NCBI RefSeq assembly: GCF_964188315.1
Contig: NC_135655.1
Span: 82,274,001-82,338,000, forward strand
Source: Podarcis muralis
Lineage: Eukaryota
DNA length: 64,000 bases
Reading direction: 5' to 3'
Shown piece by piece: positions 61,659 to 64,000 of this stretch. The position numbers and the translations under genes were made by a program. Numbering within the stretch: the first letter of the stretch is position 1; every line of letters begins with the position of its first letter. A model generated the notes under the pieces. That model was given only the letters and a program-made list of their open reading frames with translations. It was not told the origin of the DNA and ran no database searches.

Positions 61659-62609
61659 ATGGATGGGGACAATTGCACTATGGTGGATGAGTTCATTCTT
61701 GCGGGATTCACAGATCAATCCAAGCTGCAGATCACCCTCTTCATTGTCTTCTTGCTGATCTACATTATCACTGTGATGGGAAATATTGGGATCATTGTAA
61801 TCGTGAGGACTTGCTCTCAGCTTCAGACGCCAATGTATTTCTTCCTTAGCAACTTATCCTTCTTGGACCTGTGCTATTCCTCTGTCGTAACTCCCAAGAT
61901 GCTAGTGAGTCTTTTATCTCATAGGAAAACAATCTCCTACTCTAGCTGTTTCACCCAGTTGTTTTTTTATATTATTGGTGCAACAACAGAATGTTACCTC
62001 TTGGCTGCCATGGCATACGATCGCTATGTGGCCATCTGTAACCCACTGCTCTATACCGTCATTATGTCTCGAAGGCTATGTATTTTGTTGGTCTTTGCTT
62101 CTTATGTAGCTGGGTTTATAAATGCATTAGTAAATACAGGATTTACCTTAACAGTGTCCTTTGGTGACTCTAATGTAATCAATCATTTCTTCTGTGATTG
62201 GCCACCATTGATTCAGTTGGCTTGCTCTGATACCAGTCTCAACCAAATCCTTGTTTTTGCTATTGCTGGGTTTAACGAGGTTACCACCACATTGGTAGTT
62301 CTCATCTCTTATGCCTGCATCTTCTCTACCATCCTCAGAATACGCTCCAATGACAGCAAGCGTAAAGCTTTCTCCACCTGTACTTCTCATCTGACCACCG
62401 TCAGTCTGTTCTATGGGACCCTCCTCTTTATGTACTTGAGACCCAGATCCAGCTATTCTATGGAACAGGATAAAATAATTGCTGCGGTCTACACAGTGTT
62501 GGTCCCTTTGGTGAATCCCCTGATCTATAGTCTCAGGAACAAGGATGTGAAAGAAGCTTTTATGAAAGGAATGGGGAGGCTGAGGATCACTTTAGCAATC
62601 ATCTGCTAG
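61659..62609 (+). CDS. Olfactory receptor, tandem paralog of the 55808 gene (316 aa)
   Basis: Intact ORF highly similar to the 55808 gene; 3' flank homology extends about 750 bp (57300-57480 vs 63045-63210). Confidence 0.94.
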   Translation: MDGDNCTMVDEFILAGFTDQSKLQITLFIVFLLIYIITVMGNIGIIVIVRTCSQLQTPMYFFLSNLSFLDLCYSSVVTPKMLVSLLSHRKTISYSSCFTQLFFYIIGATTECYLLAAMAYDRYVAICNPLLYTVIMSRRLCILLVFASYVAGFINALVNTGFTLTVSFGDSNVINHFFCDWPPLIQLACSDTSLNQILVFAIAGFNEVTTTLVVLISYACIFSTILRIRSNDSKRKAFSTCTSHLTTVSLFYGTLLFMYLRPRSSYSMEQDKIIAAVYTVLVPLVNPLIYSLRNKDVKEAFMKGMGRLRITLAIIC

Positions 62610-63256
62610 GTAGAACCCAAAGAATAGGGAGGGGAGAATATTTTAAAAATGAAAGGAAAATTGTGAGTAAAAAATAATCACACTCTGAACAAGCCCAATG
62701 GATTTAAGAGATTTAAATAATGTACATCCAGTGACTTCAATAGCTCTATTTTCTGAGTATGACAGCTGGAGATCATCCATATTTCATTATTTCAAAAAAA
62801 GTGAATCATACAAGCTTTCAGAATGTGATGAAATGAACAAAAAAATGAACATTTGTAAATACAATATATACAGTAGAGAGAAATATAAGAACATAGCAAC
62901 AGTAGCAGTACATATTTAGAAGGTTCTTAGTTATTAGAGTGGACATTGAGATTGTATTGTTACCAGACTAACCCAGACAAAGACACAGATATGAGGAACA
63001 AACATACACTCATGAGATTACAGTTATTCAAAACAAAGAAAAAAAATGGTTGCACATTGGCTTCAAATCTGTCATTCCAATAATTTATTAATAAAGACCA
63101 ACTCTATGAACTTGTCATCTTTTGTCTTTCACTTAGCTCAATGTTTCCTTTAGCCCTGGAGAATATGTGTATTTTGTTGACATACAAAACTCCCTTTTCA
63201 AATGTAGTTTTTTCTGTGATGCTCATTTTAAAGAATAAATTTTGAATAAATAAATA

Positions 63257-63287
<31 letters not shown>

Positions 63288-63372
63288 TCATTAAATACAA
63301 GTTATGGTTGCTGTTGTTCAAAAATATTATGAAACACTATTATTTTTTCACAATGGGGGGATGCAAGGGGGG

Positions 63373-63373
<1 letters not shown>

Positions 63374-63410
<37 letters not shown>
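63374..63410. repeat. (CA)n microsatellite; an (AAAG)n tract lies at about 63257-63286
   Basis: Seen directly. Confidence 0.95.
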
Positions 63411-63415
<5 letters not shown>

Positions 63416-63454
63416 CCCTTTTGAGTTAAAAAAAAAGTGACTAAGGAGGGGACC

Positions 63455-63765
63455 TGACCAAAGTTCAGATGTCTTCTAAAAATCTGGTAGTTGTTGTTCT
63501 CTTCGACATCTGGTGGGAGGGTGTTCCACAGGGCTGGTGCTACTACCAAGAAGGCCCTCTGCCTGGTTCCCTGTAACTTCGCTTCTCGCAGGGAGGGAAC
63601 CGCCAGAAGGCCCTTGGCGCTGGACCTCAGTGTCCGGGCAAAACAATGGGGGTGGAGATGCTCCTTCAGGTATACTGGACCGAGGCCGTTTAGGGCTTTA
63701 AATGTCAGCACCAACACTTTGAATTTTGCTCGGAAACGTACTGGGAGCCAATGTAGTTCTCTGCT
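63455..63765 (-). mobile_element. L2 ORF2 C-terminal fragment
   Basis: ELHWLPVRFRAKFKVLVLTFKALNGLGPVYL...RAFLVVAPALWNTLP. Confidence 0.9.
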
Positions 63766-63873
63766 TTCCCCCCACATAATGGAGAAAATAACCCTGGAGG
63801 GGAAAACACACAGCAATGTGCATAAAGATGTATACAGTACTTTAATTTCTTTTAATTTTTATTATTTGTATAC

Positions 63874-63979
63874 TAGGGTTGACATATTCCCAAAAGTGAA
63901 AATCTGGACAGAGTTGTTGAGCACAAATCCTTCCAGACGCCATTTTTTCAGAGCGATTCCCGGACGAATGGCAGCCATA
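63874..63979. mobile_element. hAT-type MITE, degenerate
   Basis: tagggttgacat...atggcagccata. Confidence 0.5.
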
Positions 63980-64000
63980 TTGTCAGTGCAGGATTTACAT

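Noticed and set aside
3513-62390. Recurring short antisense or alternative-frame ORFs overlapping OR genes
   Set aside because: Shadows of conserved OR codon patterns; their similarity to each other reflects OR paralogy.
1-64000. CRISPR arrays, rRNA, intact transposase/RT genes or viral ORFs
   Set aside because: None seen; all long ORFs are olfactory receptors.

Overview
Vertebrate genomic DNA, almost certainly squamate and probably a lacertid lizard (inferred from Sauria/Squam1 SINEs, a Squam3-type SINE, BovB and lizard-type L2 tails). The window is part of a class II olfactory receptor (OR5/OR8 group) cluster. It holds 11 intact single-coding-exon OR genes (9 on +, 2 on -) and one decayed OR4-like fragment, set among SINEs, truncated LINEs (L1, L2, CR1, RTE/BovB), hAT and Tigger MITEs and microsatellites. 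The most unusual object is a ~2.0-kb non-autonomous hAT element (50439-52458) with perfect 15-bp TIRs and a perfect 8-bp TSD. It contains a second internal copy of its right end and CpG-island-like cargo resembling host promoter/first-exon DNA, making it a candidate Pack-type or composite DNA transposon. Other highlights: a homogenised TM4-ECL2-TM5 tract across three OR5M-like genes, two OR pairs with altered conserved motifs, apparent subfamily order shared with human 11q12, a TSD-flanked mini-BovB and a DIRS-like remnant. OR subfamily and TE family names come from recalled motifs, not database searches. Coordinates of degenerate repeats are approximate.
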